A stretch of 64,000 nucleotides of DNA. Source: Gemmatimonadaceae bacterium. GTDB lineage: Bacteria; Gemmatimonadota; Gemmatimonadetes; Gemmatimonadales; Gemmatimonadaceae. Numbering within the stretch: the stretch's first letter is position 1; every line of letters starts with the position of its first letter. The translations under genes and the position numbers were made by a program. The stretch is from the NCBI GenBank assembly GCA_044224875.1, contig JBGAJQ010000004.1, positions 79,226-143,225 on the forward strand, read 5' to 3'. Shown piece after piece: positions 20,027 to 28,572 of the stretch. Under the pieces are notes generated by a model. That model ran no database searches, had not been told where the DNA came from, and saw only the letters and a program-made list of their open reading frames with translations.

Positions 20027-21901
20027 CTACCCCCGCTTTCGCACGATCGTGATCTTCACGGGATCGGATGGAATCCCGTTCGCCACCACCTCCAGCGTCG
20101 ACTGACCGAGCAACAGCGTCGCCGGCAGGTCCGCCGTCGTGGTAATGACGGTTGCACCGGTCGCTACCCCCATGCTCGTCGTCGTCCCGGTGGTCGTTAC
20201 AATCCGGTGATTCGACGTCCGGCAATACGTCACTTGCCCACTGGCCGTATCGGTGATGCGCACCAGCGGATAGTTGGTTGCCGCCGTGTAGTCGTCCCCA
20301 TACCCCACGGCCTGCGACAACCCATTGAACTGGGTGCCGCTGATGTCGATCGACGTGCCGGGGACAACCGTTGACGGCGCCGAGGTGATCGTGGGCCGCC
20401 AGGCATTCTGCGGACCGCCGCGCACGTTGTACGCGTAGATGTCACCGTGATCTTCACGCGCCCACATCACCTGGCCCGTCGGCAGCAGCAACAGACGGCC
20501 CTTGTATGTCGGATTGTCGCTATTCGGCGGATCGGCTACCCGGTTCAAGTTCGTTCCGTCGAACTCGTAGAAGGTGCACGGCGACAGGAAGTTGCCGGCC
20601 ACACCGTCGACAGGCGCAATCGGGAAGAGCACACTCCCGGTCACCAGCAGCGCTCCGGGGCCATCCTTGGAGCCTTGCGCCTGTTTCCCACGGGTCGGCA
20701 GCCCCGGTCCCGCCGCCCACGAGCCGGCGCTGTTGGCCGTCGCGCCCGGCGTGTAGACCGCGGTGTTTCCGTTTGCGCCAACAAAGAAGGCCCGCCCATC
20801 GGGCATCAGGACACCCGGTCCAAGTTCGGAGGAAGCGGCTTCGACGATGGAGCTGACGAGAGCCCCGGCGCTGACCCATGAGTCAGTCGCGATCACGTAC
20901 TTCTCGGCGTTCGGAACGGAGAAGACCTGTGGCGTCACGACCGTACCCTCGCCGAGCAGTACCCACGACTCCTCGTTCGACCGTGAATTCTTGTTTCCCG
21001 CGGCAACCCAGGTGTCCGTGAGGGGATCGTAGATGAAGTTCTTCGTCGAGTTGAGGTCACCCACGAGCAGACGGCCGTCCGGAAGGAGCGCACAGGCCGC
21101 GTCGCCGATCTGCGACACCGGCGCATTCGCAATGGCCGCCCAACTGTCCGCGACCGGATCGTAGATCTCACCCGTGTTGGTCCAGTCGTTGGACATCGAC
21201 CCGGACACGTCGCTGTACTCGCCACCCGTTACCACCAGGCGTCCGTCTGGCAGAACCGCCGAACCAACATACTTCCTCGCGTTGAGACTATCGGCGGCCC
21301 GTAGCCACACACCGTTCGCATAGTTGCCAAACGCATCCGGTGCCAGGCGCCACCACGAGCGCGTGCCCTGCTGCAACGACGACTCGTTCATCAGGATGCT
21401 GCCGTCCGTGAGCAGGAACGCGGCCCCGCCGTCGCCCCAACAGAAGATCAGGAAGATCCACTCCCACGCCAGGCACACCCACTTCGCAATCCAGTACCAC
21501 GCGATGCACACCCACTTGGCCACCCAGTACCAGGCCTGGCACACCCAGTTGGCCACCCAGTACCAGGCGTGGCATACCCAGTTCGCCACCCAGTACCAAC
21601 CGACGCACACCCAGTTGGCGACCCAATAGAAGGCGTCGCAGAACCACGAACAGGGCCACCAGTCGCAACACTCTTCGTGCCCATGATCGGCCCACGCGTT
21701 GCACTCGCTCTGTCCTTCATCTGACCACTGACTGCACTCGTTATGTCCTTGATCCGCCCAGCTCGAGCACTGCGCCGAGCCCTGATCGGCCCATGAACTG
21801 CAGGCGGCCATCCCTTGATCGGCCCACGTGCGGCACGTCGCGTACGCCACCACGCGCCGCGACGAGCAAATCGAGGGCAAGGCGGTCCATGTTCCAGCCA
21901 T
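20027..21901 (-). CDS. Cys/Trp 11-mer repeat domain fused to a Kelch-like beta-propeller and Ig-like C-terminus
   Basis: Propeller blades VLPDGRLVVTGGEY, EIYDPVADSW, LLPDGRLLV, IYDPLTDTW, LLLPTGQV; RBS GGAGGAAAG. Confidence 0.85.
   Translation of the reverse strand: MAGTWTALPSICSSRRVVAYATCRTWADQGMAACSSWADQGSAQCSSWADQGHNECSQWSDEGQSECNAWADHGHEECCDWWPCSWFCDAFYWVANWVCVGWYWVANWVCHAWYWVANWVCQAWYWVAKWVCIAWYWIAKWVCLAWEWIFLIFCWGDGGAAFLLTDGSILMNESSLQQGTRSWWRLAPDAFGNYANGVWLRAADSLNARKYVGSAVLPDGRLVVTGGEYSDVSGSMSNDWTNTGEIYDPVADSWAAIANAPVSQIGDAACALLPDGRLLVGDLNSTKNFIYDPLTDTWVAAGNKNSRSNEESWVLLGEGTVVTPQVFSVPNAEKYVIATDSWVSAGALVSSIVEAASSELGPGVLMPDGRAFFVGANGNTAVYTPGATANSAGSWAAGPGLPTRGKQAQGSKDGPGALLVTGSVLFPIAPVDGVAGNFLSPCTFYEFDGTNLNRVADPPNSDNPTYKGRLLLLPTGQVMWAREDHGDIYAYNVRGGPQNAWRPTITSAPSTVVPGTSIDISGTQFNGLSQAVGYGDDYTAATNYPLVRITDTASGQVTYCRTSNHRIVTTTGTTTSMGVATGATVITTTADLPATLLLGQSTLEVVANGIPSDPVKITIVRKRG
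21440..21868 (-). repeat. Two coding arrays of 33-bp tandem repeats (CxxWADQGxxx and WYWVANWVCxA)
   Basis: Cys at residues 12,23,34,45,56,67,78 and 88,99,110,121,132,143,154. Confidence 0.9.
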
Positions 21902-21916
21902 CGTTCTTTCCTCCCC

Positions 21917-22450
21917 TTACATCGCTACGAGTCGACTTCTCAAACCCACCAGCTCGCGCCGCAAGAGGCGTCGTGCGCGGGTGATCCCCAGCAATTTTCC
22001 CAAGCCGCCAGCCACAACCACAACGGCGAGTGCCGCTAGGACGTGACCGGCTACGATCATGGCGGATGGCATGGGCGCGACCACCAGCCACGCCACCGCC
22101 AGCACCAACGCGCTCACGGCGCAGGCGGCGCCGGTCCCGCATCCGCACTCGCCCCGCAACTCGGCCAGTCGCCGCGACCGGTCGATGGCCTCCGTCGGAG
22201 GAAGGTTGGCGATGGACCACTCCGCGCCGCGGCGGGGAAGGGGGCCAGCCAACAGTCGGTCGACGTCGCGGGGGTGGGCGAGCACGATCACGGCCGAGGT
22301 CTTCACGGCATCCGTCGCCGGAGCCTGGAGCGTGGCCATCGCGTCTGCCTGAGGTAGCTCAGGCGAGAGCCGATTCAGTGCGGGCATCTCCGCTGGCTCT
22401 GCCACCAGCGCCAGCCCGCGCCCGCGAGCCCCTTCCGTCACCTGCAACAT
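21917..22450 (-). CDS. Hypothetical two-TM membrane protein with ECGC motif
   Basis: Two hydrophobic segments after GECGCGTGAAC; ends 15 bp before the next co-oriented gene. Confidence 0.6.
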   Translation of the reverse strand: MLQVTEGARGRGLALVAEPAEMPALNRLSPELPQADAMATLQAPATDAVKTSAVIVLAHPRDVDRLLAGPLPRRGAEWSIANLPPTEAIDRSRRLAELRGECGCGTGAACAVSALVLAVAWLVVAPMPSAMIVAGHVLAALAVVVVAGGLGKLLGITRARRLLRRELVGLRSRLVAM

Positions 22451-22574
22451 GTCGCATCCTCCACGCGGCCCGCGTCCATCGCGGCCCGATCATGCATGTA
22501 CGATGATCACCCCTCCGGCGTTTGGACACTCGGAGAACCCTCAGTGGCCGCGATCCGGCACAGCCGAACTCGCT

Positions 22575-22724
22575 AGGGTGTGCTTGGACACGAGCTCAGC
22601 GGTTCGCGACCAACAGTTCAGCCTGACGGACACCCTCACGTTGGAAATGATGCGCGAGCAGCGTGTCACCTACGCGTTCGCCTACGACCAGGACTTGTTC
22701 ACCGAGGGCTACGTGCGGTCCTGA
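22575..22724 (+). pseudogene. PIN-domain (VapC-like) toxin remnant
   Basis: N-motif RVCLDTSS is fused in frame to C-motifs DQQFSLTD...MMRE...AFAYDQD. Confidence 0.65.
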
Positions 22725-22733
22725 CGTCGCCAA

Positions 22734-23672
22734 CTACAACCAGGCGGCCTTCGTCGACTTGGCGCCGTAGAATTTGAGCTGCAACGGGTCCTTCGTAAGC
22801 GACACCTTCGTTCCCTTGACCGCCACGAACGTATCGAAGTGCGTGTCCTGGCCCGTCTCCAAGTCTTGCACGCCTTCGTCCTTCGCCGCGAGCCAATCGC
22901 GGAAGTTCTTCAACTTCCCGCCCGTTCCCTGGAATTCAGCGATTCGTCGAAAGAGCTTGGGAAAGCAGACGCCTCGCTCCTCCAGTACGGCTCGCGTCTT
23001 TGCTGGCACTCCGGTTCGCGTGGTATCGAGCCCCTGTGCCCACAGGCCGCGCTTGTGAACCCGCGCCGTCTTCACCGCACGCTGAAGGGTGGCGCGCAGG
23101 TCGTAGAAGAGCGTTTCGTAAAAGAGCGGGTACGCATTCCCCGAGGCCAGCATGTCGTAGTTGAGGCTGCGGCGGAGTAGAACTGCGTCGAGGTGGAGGT
23201 GCGTTCCATCGGCGGCCGGCGCGGCACCCTGAAACGCGAAAGCCACCGGTCGCCCGTGAACCTCCAGGGAGCGCGAGAGGATGAACCCCAAGGCCCCATC
23301 GTTAGGTGCCGGAGGCCGCGCGGTCAGGTTGCCAGGAGGGGCGAAGGACACGGGCATGACGCGCGCGCGCGTGAGCAGGCGGTCGCGCTCAGTGTCGGCG
23401 AGTGGGCGCGGCTGGTGCGTGTTCCCGCCGCTGGCCTGAAAGTGCAGCTCCAAGGCGTCGATCCCCTCGAATCGCAGCTGCGTGGACTTGATCTGCGTCA
23501 GTCGATAGGGATGGCCCACCTGTTTCAACTGGTCCAGCAACTTGGGATTGTCAGGCTGGAAGTGCAGTGAGTCGCCGTCAGGCTGGAAACCCGTCACGCT
23601 CCCTTTCTTGTTCTTCCCCAACACGCGGTACCTGCCACGAATCAGCAGGAACCCCTTCGGCTTTGTCGGCAT
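22734..23672 (-). CDS. Thermonuclease (SNase)-like nuclease
   Basis: PDGDS, QLRFEGIDALELH, HGRPVAF, SLNY..LASGNAYP, ARVHKRGLW. Confidence 0.75.
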   Translation of the reverse strand: MPTKPKGFLLIRGRYRVLGKNKKGSVTGFQPDGDSLHFQPDNPKLLDQLKQVGHPYRLTQIKSTQLRFEGIDALELHFQASGGNTHQPRPLADTERDRLLTRARVMPVSFAPPGNLTARPPAPNDGALGFILSRSLEVHGRPVAFAFQGAAPAADGTHLHLDAVLLRRSLNYDMLASGNAYPLFYETLFYDLRATLQRAVKTARVHKRGLWAQGLDTTRTGVPAKTRAVLEERGVCFPKLFRRIAEFQGTGGKLKNFRDWLAAKDEGVQDLETGQDTHFDTFVAVKGTKVSLTKDPLQLKFYGAKSTKAAWL

Positions 23673-23900
23673 CGAGACCTCCGGTCCGGACTACATCCAT
23701 ATTCCTTCACGGAGGCCCCCGACGCGCCAGAGTGGGGCGTCAGTGCCACACTCCCCGGCTGCTTCGCTCTCGCGCGTCTCGGAGCATCGACCGTCGACAT
23801 CCCCATGGTCATCCGATGGAGTTCGGCTACGTTCTGCCATCAGCTCATCGCTCGTATGGTGGGACGAGGAGGCCACCGCCCCATCGTAACCACGTCGCGC

Positions 23901-24383
23901 CTAACCGTCAGCTGCACCCGATGCCTGGCTGCGGGTCCTTCTTGAGAGCGTCGCCGTCAGCACGTGGTCGGGTCCGGCGTGAGATGACACCAAGGCTTCG
24001 AAGCGCCGCATGTCGGCGAGGAACATCGGCAACCACAAGGGGCTCCGTCCGTCATCGAGACCAATGCGTAGGTACGGCAGGCCGAGCATCACACGAGTTG
24101 GACGGGCCCACTTCATCGCTGCCCACCTTACCCATTGATAGCTGCCGTTGATTGTATACCCGTTGAGGCCTTCCGCCGAGACCGTTACTCGCATCGACGT
24201 CCAGATCGAGGTGAGAACGGCCGCGAACGCCGCGGTGAAAGAGACAAGCGCGGCAGCCTTCCAAGGATGCTCCGCGATGCCAAAGTCGATTTGCGCGGCT
24301 ACCACCGCGACGGGGAGCGTGCATCCGCAGATCGCCGCGAAGGCCGGCAGGAACCGGTGGTGGAAAGAGTCTCCTGAGGTCAT
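23901..24383 (-). CDS. Hypothetical membrane protein (two TM segments plus a small soluble domain)
   Basis: Two hydrophobic helices then VTVSAEGL...VRWAAM. Confidence 0.6.
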   Translation of the reverse strand: MTSGDSFHHRFLPAFAAICGCTLPVAVVAAQIDFGIAEHPWKAAALVSFTAAFAAVLTSIWTSMRVTVSAEGLNGYTINGSYQWVRWAAMKWARPTRVMLGLPYLRIGLDDGRSPLWLPMFLADMRRFEALVSSHAGPDHVLTATLSRRTRSQASGAADG

Positions 24384-24711
24384 GCGCGCCTCATCACGTG
24401 GTGTGCTCAATTTAGGCGGTTGGTCCCTCGCGCTCGACCTCACAACGCCAAACGGTAGGCGCGCGTTCGCCCGATTCCTCGAGACCTGCGTTGCGCGGGC
24501 CCGACTGCCAACGCGCGTCGGCGCTGTCAGAAGGAACGTGCCGCCGACTCAGAATGTCTGAGGTATGCGTCGGAGCTGCCTGTGGCGTTGTCCCTTCGGC
24601 ACCCCGCACCTACTCCTCGTCACCGTCTCCACTCACTCCATCCGTTGCCGTTGGGTGGTCGGCGAAGCATCGCCGATCTTTGCGGCATTCTCACTCACCG
24701 CTGTCAGCGAA

Positions 24712-25671
24712 ATGCGACCGTCACTGACAATCCACCTGCTCTCGTGCTGCCTTGTGGCGTGGCCGCGCGTCGCACCTGCCCAAAGCCCAGCGGAACCATC
24801 ATCACCGCCGGCCGCCTATTCCGTGGGCGCGGCGTATGACTCCGCGCATGCTTGCCTCGTCGTGTTCGGCGGGTACCTGGGCGGGCGATATGTCGGGGAC
24901 ACCTGGGAGTGGAATGGCGTCACCTGGAGGAGGAGTGCACTCGCTGGCCCCAGTGCGCGGAACAGTCCGGCACTCGTGTACGACGAACGGCGTGGCCGCG
25001 TCTTGCTGTTCGGTGGCGACGCCCGCCCGATCGGCGACCTCGGAGACACGTGGGAACGCGTCGGCGAGGCGTGGCGCCAGCTTCGAGTGCCGGGGCCACC
25101 GCCCCGTACCACGCACGTCATGGTCTACGACTCACGCCGGGATCGTGTGGTGCTTTTTGGCGGCGTGGCCGCGGGACAGGGCTTGGGGGACACCTGGGAG
25201 TTCGATGGGGAGCGATGGTCGCAGGTTGCGGCTGACGGACCAACACCGCGTGGCTTGTATGCCATGGCGTACGATGCCGCGCGTGGACGCACGGTGCTGT
25301 TCGGCGGAACGTCCGCGCCGCGACCAGACGCACCATCGCTGGGCGATACGTGGGAGTGGGATGGCCAGCATTGGACGCAGATCGATGTGCCCGGCCCAAG
25401 CCCTCGCGATCATACCCAGATGGCGTACGATGCGGTGCGTCGTGTGATCGTACTGCATGGCGGCGGACTCGATGAACAATCTTCCGAGACGTGGAAGTAC
25501 GATGGACGTGCCTGGACTCGCGCCGATGTCTCCGGTCCGCCGCGACGCTACGCCAAAATGACCTTCGATCCGCGAACACGTTCAATCTTGCTCTACGGCG
25601 GCTTTGCACGGGAACCATCGAACGAACTCTGGCGACTCGGAGACTCGTCGTGGCAGCGCATCTTCCCGTAG
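24712..25671 (+). CDS. Secreted Kelch-repeat protein
   Basis: Six repeats of YD..RGRVLLFGG...DTWEWDG..W; signal peptide. Confidence 0.88.
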   Translation: MRPSLTIHLLSCCLVAWPRVAPAQSPAEPSSPPAAYSVGAAYDSAHACLVVFGGYLGGRYVGDTWEWNGVTWRRSALAGPSARNSPALVYDERRGRVLLFGGDARPIGDLGDTWERVGEAWRQLRVPGPPPRTTHVMVYDSRRDRVVLFGGVAAGQGLGDTWEFDGERWSQVAADGPTPRGLYAMAYDAARGRTVLFGGTSAPRPDAPSLGDTWEWDGQHWTQIDVPGPSPRDHTQMAYDAVRRVIVLHGGGLDEQSSETWKYDGRAWTRADVSGPPRRYAKMTFDPRTRSILLYGGFAREPSNELWRLGDSSWQRIFP

Positions 25672-25933
25672 GTGGCCGTCAGTCAGGTCCTGCAGAGACC
25701 TGTCTCGTCGGTCGCGACATCAGGCTCCGGCAGCGCAGCAACAACACTCGTGTCTCCGTACGGGCTATCTGCGGAGGACGCACGACGACCTAGGGAGTTC
25801 CGTGTTCGCGACGGATCGTGCATCTTCCGGAACGCGACGACGGCTCAATCGCGCTTTGCCTCACACTCCTGGCGTTCAGCACAAAGCGCCATGGTGGCAG
25901 CGTCCGACGACGTCGCAAAATGACCTTCTGGGA

Positions 25934-27832
25934 ATGCGACAAATGCGACTCCTCCGCGCCCTTTTCCTCCTTCTCGTCCCAGCGGCGCCGCTTCGCGCCC
26001 AGGATGATGACGCCACCTTCATCAAGGCAAACTACACAAAACACATCTATCGAGTCGCCATGCGTGACGGGGTGAAGCTGCACACCATCGTATACACGCC
26101 GAAGGACGCGGCGCCGGATCGCGCGTACCCGATGATCATGGAGCGAACCTGCTATAGCATCGCGCCGTATGGAGCCCAGGACTATCCGGCCGCGTTAGGC
26201 CCAAATCGCTTCATGATGCGCGACAAGTACATCATGGTATACCAGGACGTGCGTGGTCGCTTCATGAGCGAAGGAAAGTGGATGAATGTTCGCCCGATCA
26301 TCGATAACGCATCGGGGACCCAGACGGATGAAGCCACGGACACGTACGATACGATCGAGTGGTTGTTGAAGAACGTGCCGAACAACAACGGACGTGTGGG
26401 GCAGTGGGGGATTTCCTACCCCGGCTTCTTCACGACGGCGGGCATCCTGTCACGACATCCCGCGCTCAAGGCGGCCTCCCCGCAGGCGCCGGTGACGGAT
26501 TTCTATTTCGAGGACTTCCACCACAACGGGGCCCTCACGCAAGGGTATTTCTATACCTATCCGGTGTTCGGTGTCGACCCGGCAGCTCCAACCGACCAGG
26601 CCTGGTTCGCGTCGCAGATGATCCGTGAGGGGCTTCCCAGCGACTACGACTTCCAATTGCGGCTGGGGGCGCTCAAGCACACCACGGAGAAGTACTACAA
26701 GGACAACTACTTCTGGCAGGAGTTGGTGGACCATCCCAACTACGATGCCCACTGGAAGGCACGAGCGATCGCCCCGCACCTGAACAACGTGACCACCGCG
26801 GTCATGACCGTGGGCGGGTGGTATGACGCCGAAGACCTGTATGGCCCGCTCAAGGTCTACAAGACCATCGAGCAGAAGAACCCCGGCATCTACAACACGC
26901 TGGTCATGGGGCCATTTCGGCATGGCGGATGGTCCGCGCAAAACGTGACGCACACGCTGCATGGTGACATTTACTTCGGTGACTCCCTGGAGACGAAGTT
27001 CCAACGCGACGTCGAGACCCCCTTCTTCCAGCACTTCCTCAAGGGAACGGGCGATGCCAACACCGGGCTTCCCGAGGCCTACATGTTCGACACCGGCAAG
27101 AAGACGTGGGAGCGCTTTGCCAAGTGGCCGGCTGATGATGCCCGGTGGCGACGCCTCGCCCTGCATGCCGGCGGCAAGCTCGTGCTCGACGGCACCCCGG
27201 ACGCCGGCGCCGACAGCTACATCAGCGATCCCGCCAAGCCCGTCCCCGGACGTTGTGTGGGCCCCAGCATCGAGGGCTTCACCATGTACCAATACATGAG
27301 CGACGACCAGCGCTGCTTCAGCACCCGTCCCGACGTCCTCACCTACGAGACCGAGCCGCTGACCGAGGACGTCACTCTTGGCGGGGAGATCCGCATCAAG
27401 CTGAAGGTGGCGACGACCGGGACCGACGCCGACTTCGTCGTCAAGCTCGTCGATGTCTACCCACCGGACGAGCCCGACCACCGCTACATGCCTAACGGGA
27501 ACATCCACCTGGCCGGGTACCAACAGATGGTCCGCAGCGAAATCATGCGCGCCCGCTGGCGAAATGGGTTCGACACGCCGAAGCCCATGGTGCCGGGCCA
27601 GCTGACGGAGGTGCCGATCGCCCTGCAGGACGTCCTCCATACGTTCAGGAAGGGGCATCGCATCGTCATACAGGTGCAGAGCTCGATGTTCCCGGTCTTC
27701 GACCGCAACCCGCAGACTTTCGTGCCGAACATCTTCACGGCCGACGACAAGGCGTTCCGGAAGGCCACGCAGACGGTCTATCGGAACAGCAGCATCGAGG
27801 TACAGGTCCTCCAGCCCAAGGTGGTACCGTAG
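25934..27832 (+). CDS. CocE/NonD family hydrolase (alpha-amino acid ester hydrolase / glutaryl-7-ACA acylase-like)
   Basis: MRDGVKL, QDVRGRFMSEG, GISYPG nucleophile elbow, GGWYDAED, DADFVVKLVDVYP. Confidence 0.93.
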   Translation: MRQMRLLRALFLLLVPAAPLRAQDDDATFIKANYTKHIYRVAMRDGVKLHTIVYTPKDAAPDRAYPMIMERTCYSIAPYGAQDYPAALGPNRFMMRDKYIMVYQDVRGRFMSEGKWMNVRPIIDNASGTQTDEATDTYDTIEWLLKNVPNNNGRVGQWGISYPGFFTTAGILSRHPALKAASPQAPVTDFYFEDFHHNGALTQGYFYTYPVFGVDPAAPTDQAWFASQMIREGLPSDYDFQLRLGALKHTTEKYYKDNYFWQELVDHPNYDAHWKARAIAPHLNNVTTAVMTVGGWYDAEDLYGPLKVYKTIEQKNPGIYNTLVMGPFRHGGWSAQNVTHTLHGDIYFGDSLETKFQRDVETPFFQHFLKGTGDANTGLPEAYMFDTGKKTWERFAKWPADDARWRRLALHAGGKLVLDGTPDAGADSYISDPAKPVPGRCVGPSIEGFTMYQYMSDDQRCFSTRPDVLTYETEPLTEDVTLGGEIRIKLKVATTGTDADFVVKLVDVYPPDEPDHRYMPNGNIHLAGYQQMVRSEIMRARWRNGFDTPKPMVPGQLTEVPIALQDVLHTFRKGHRIVIQVQSSMFPVFDRNPQTFVPNIFTADDKAFRKATQTVYRNSSIEVQVLQPKVVP

Positions 27833-27868
27833 TCATTCGCCGTCAGGCACGACACGCTCGAACTTTCC

Positions 27869-28414
27869 TTGGCACCTAACGCTTCACCAGCTGTGGTGAG
27901 CGCGACCGTGGGTCGCGATCAGTTCAATGCCGCCGATCCGGCGCCGCTCTATACGATTGGCATCGGGGGTTCCGGCGATCAGCGCCTCGCGCAGACATTC
28001 ACGGCCGGTCTCTCAGGACGGCTGGCTGCCGTCGCACTGCCAATCGGGTGCGAGGCGAGCGCGCGGGTCCGGATCGACATCCGAGAGATCGACCGTTCGG
28101 GAGGCCCTGGCTGGCCGCCCATTGCCACGACCATTGTTCCGGGCTCGATGTTCCCGCCGACCGTAGGCATCGGCACGCCGTTCACGTCAGTGATGATTCC
28201 CGGCAATCGAACCATCGTCGCTCACGTGCGCTACACGATTGCCGTTGGGGCTGTCGGAAACTGTGCCATCGTCCCAGCCCTGGTTGGCGAGACCTATGGT
28301 CCCGGCGACTTCTACTTCAGGTACAATGGCATGAACGCATGGCTTCCAAACCGGCAGTTCGGGCCCACGCAGCCATGGGATCTGCCGTTTGAGACGACGG
28401 TCGAGACTCCGTAG
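27869..28414 (+). CDS. Hypothetical beta-rich extracellular-type domain, apparently lacking its N-terminus
   Basis: Protein-like (LAQTFTAGLSGRL...WDLPFET); weak TTG start and no signal peptide; followed by a hairpin. Confidence 0.5.
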   Translation: MAPNASPAVVSATVGRDQFNAADPAPLYTIGIGGSGDQRLAQTFTAGLSGRLAAVALPIGCEASARVRIDIREIDRSGGPGWPPIATTIVPGSMFPPTVGIGTPFTSVMIPGNRTIVAHVRYTIAVGAVGNCAIVPALVGETYGPGDFYFRYNGMNAWLPNRQFGPTQPWDLPFETTVETP

Positions 28415-28449
28415 CGTCCAGTCAACGATCGATCCTGTGGACGAGCCGT

Positions 28450-28479
28450 GGGGCGGCGTTTCGCGAGAGACGCCGCCCC
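28450..28479 (+). terminator. GC-rich hairpin with GNRA loop
   Basis: GGGGCGGCGTTTC-GCGA-GAGACGCCGCCCC. Confidence 0.55.
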
Positions 28480-28572
28480 TCAAGGCCTCACCCCCTCAGC
28501 GACCGTGGAAGCGGTGGCCCCACTGACACGGAATTTCCGTTCTGACCGGTAACCGTTCAGACAGAGCTCGAC

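Noticed and set aside
21440..21868. 33-bp periodic repeats as a CRISPR array
   Set aside because: Tandem, in-frame and codon-degenerate with no unique spacers; no cas genes nearby
23691..23876. 61-aa ORF upstream of the nuclease
   Set aside because: No recognisable motif or convincing RBS
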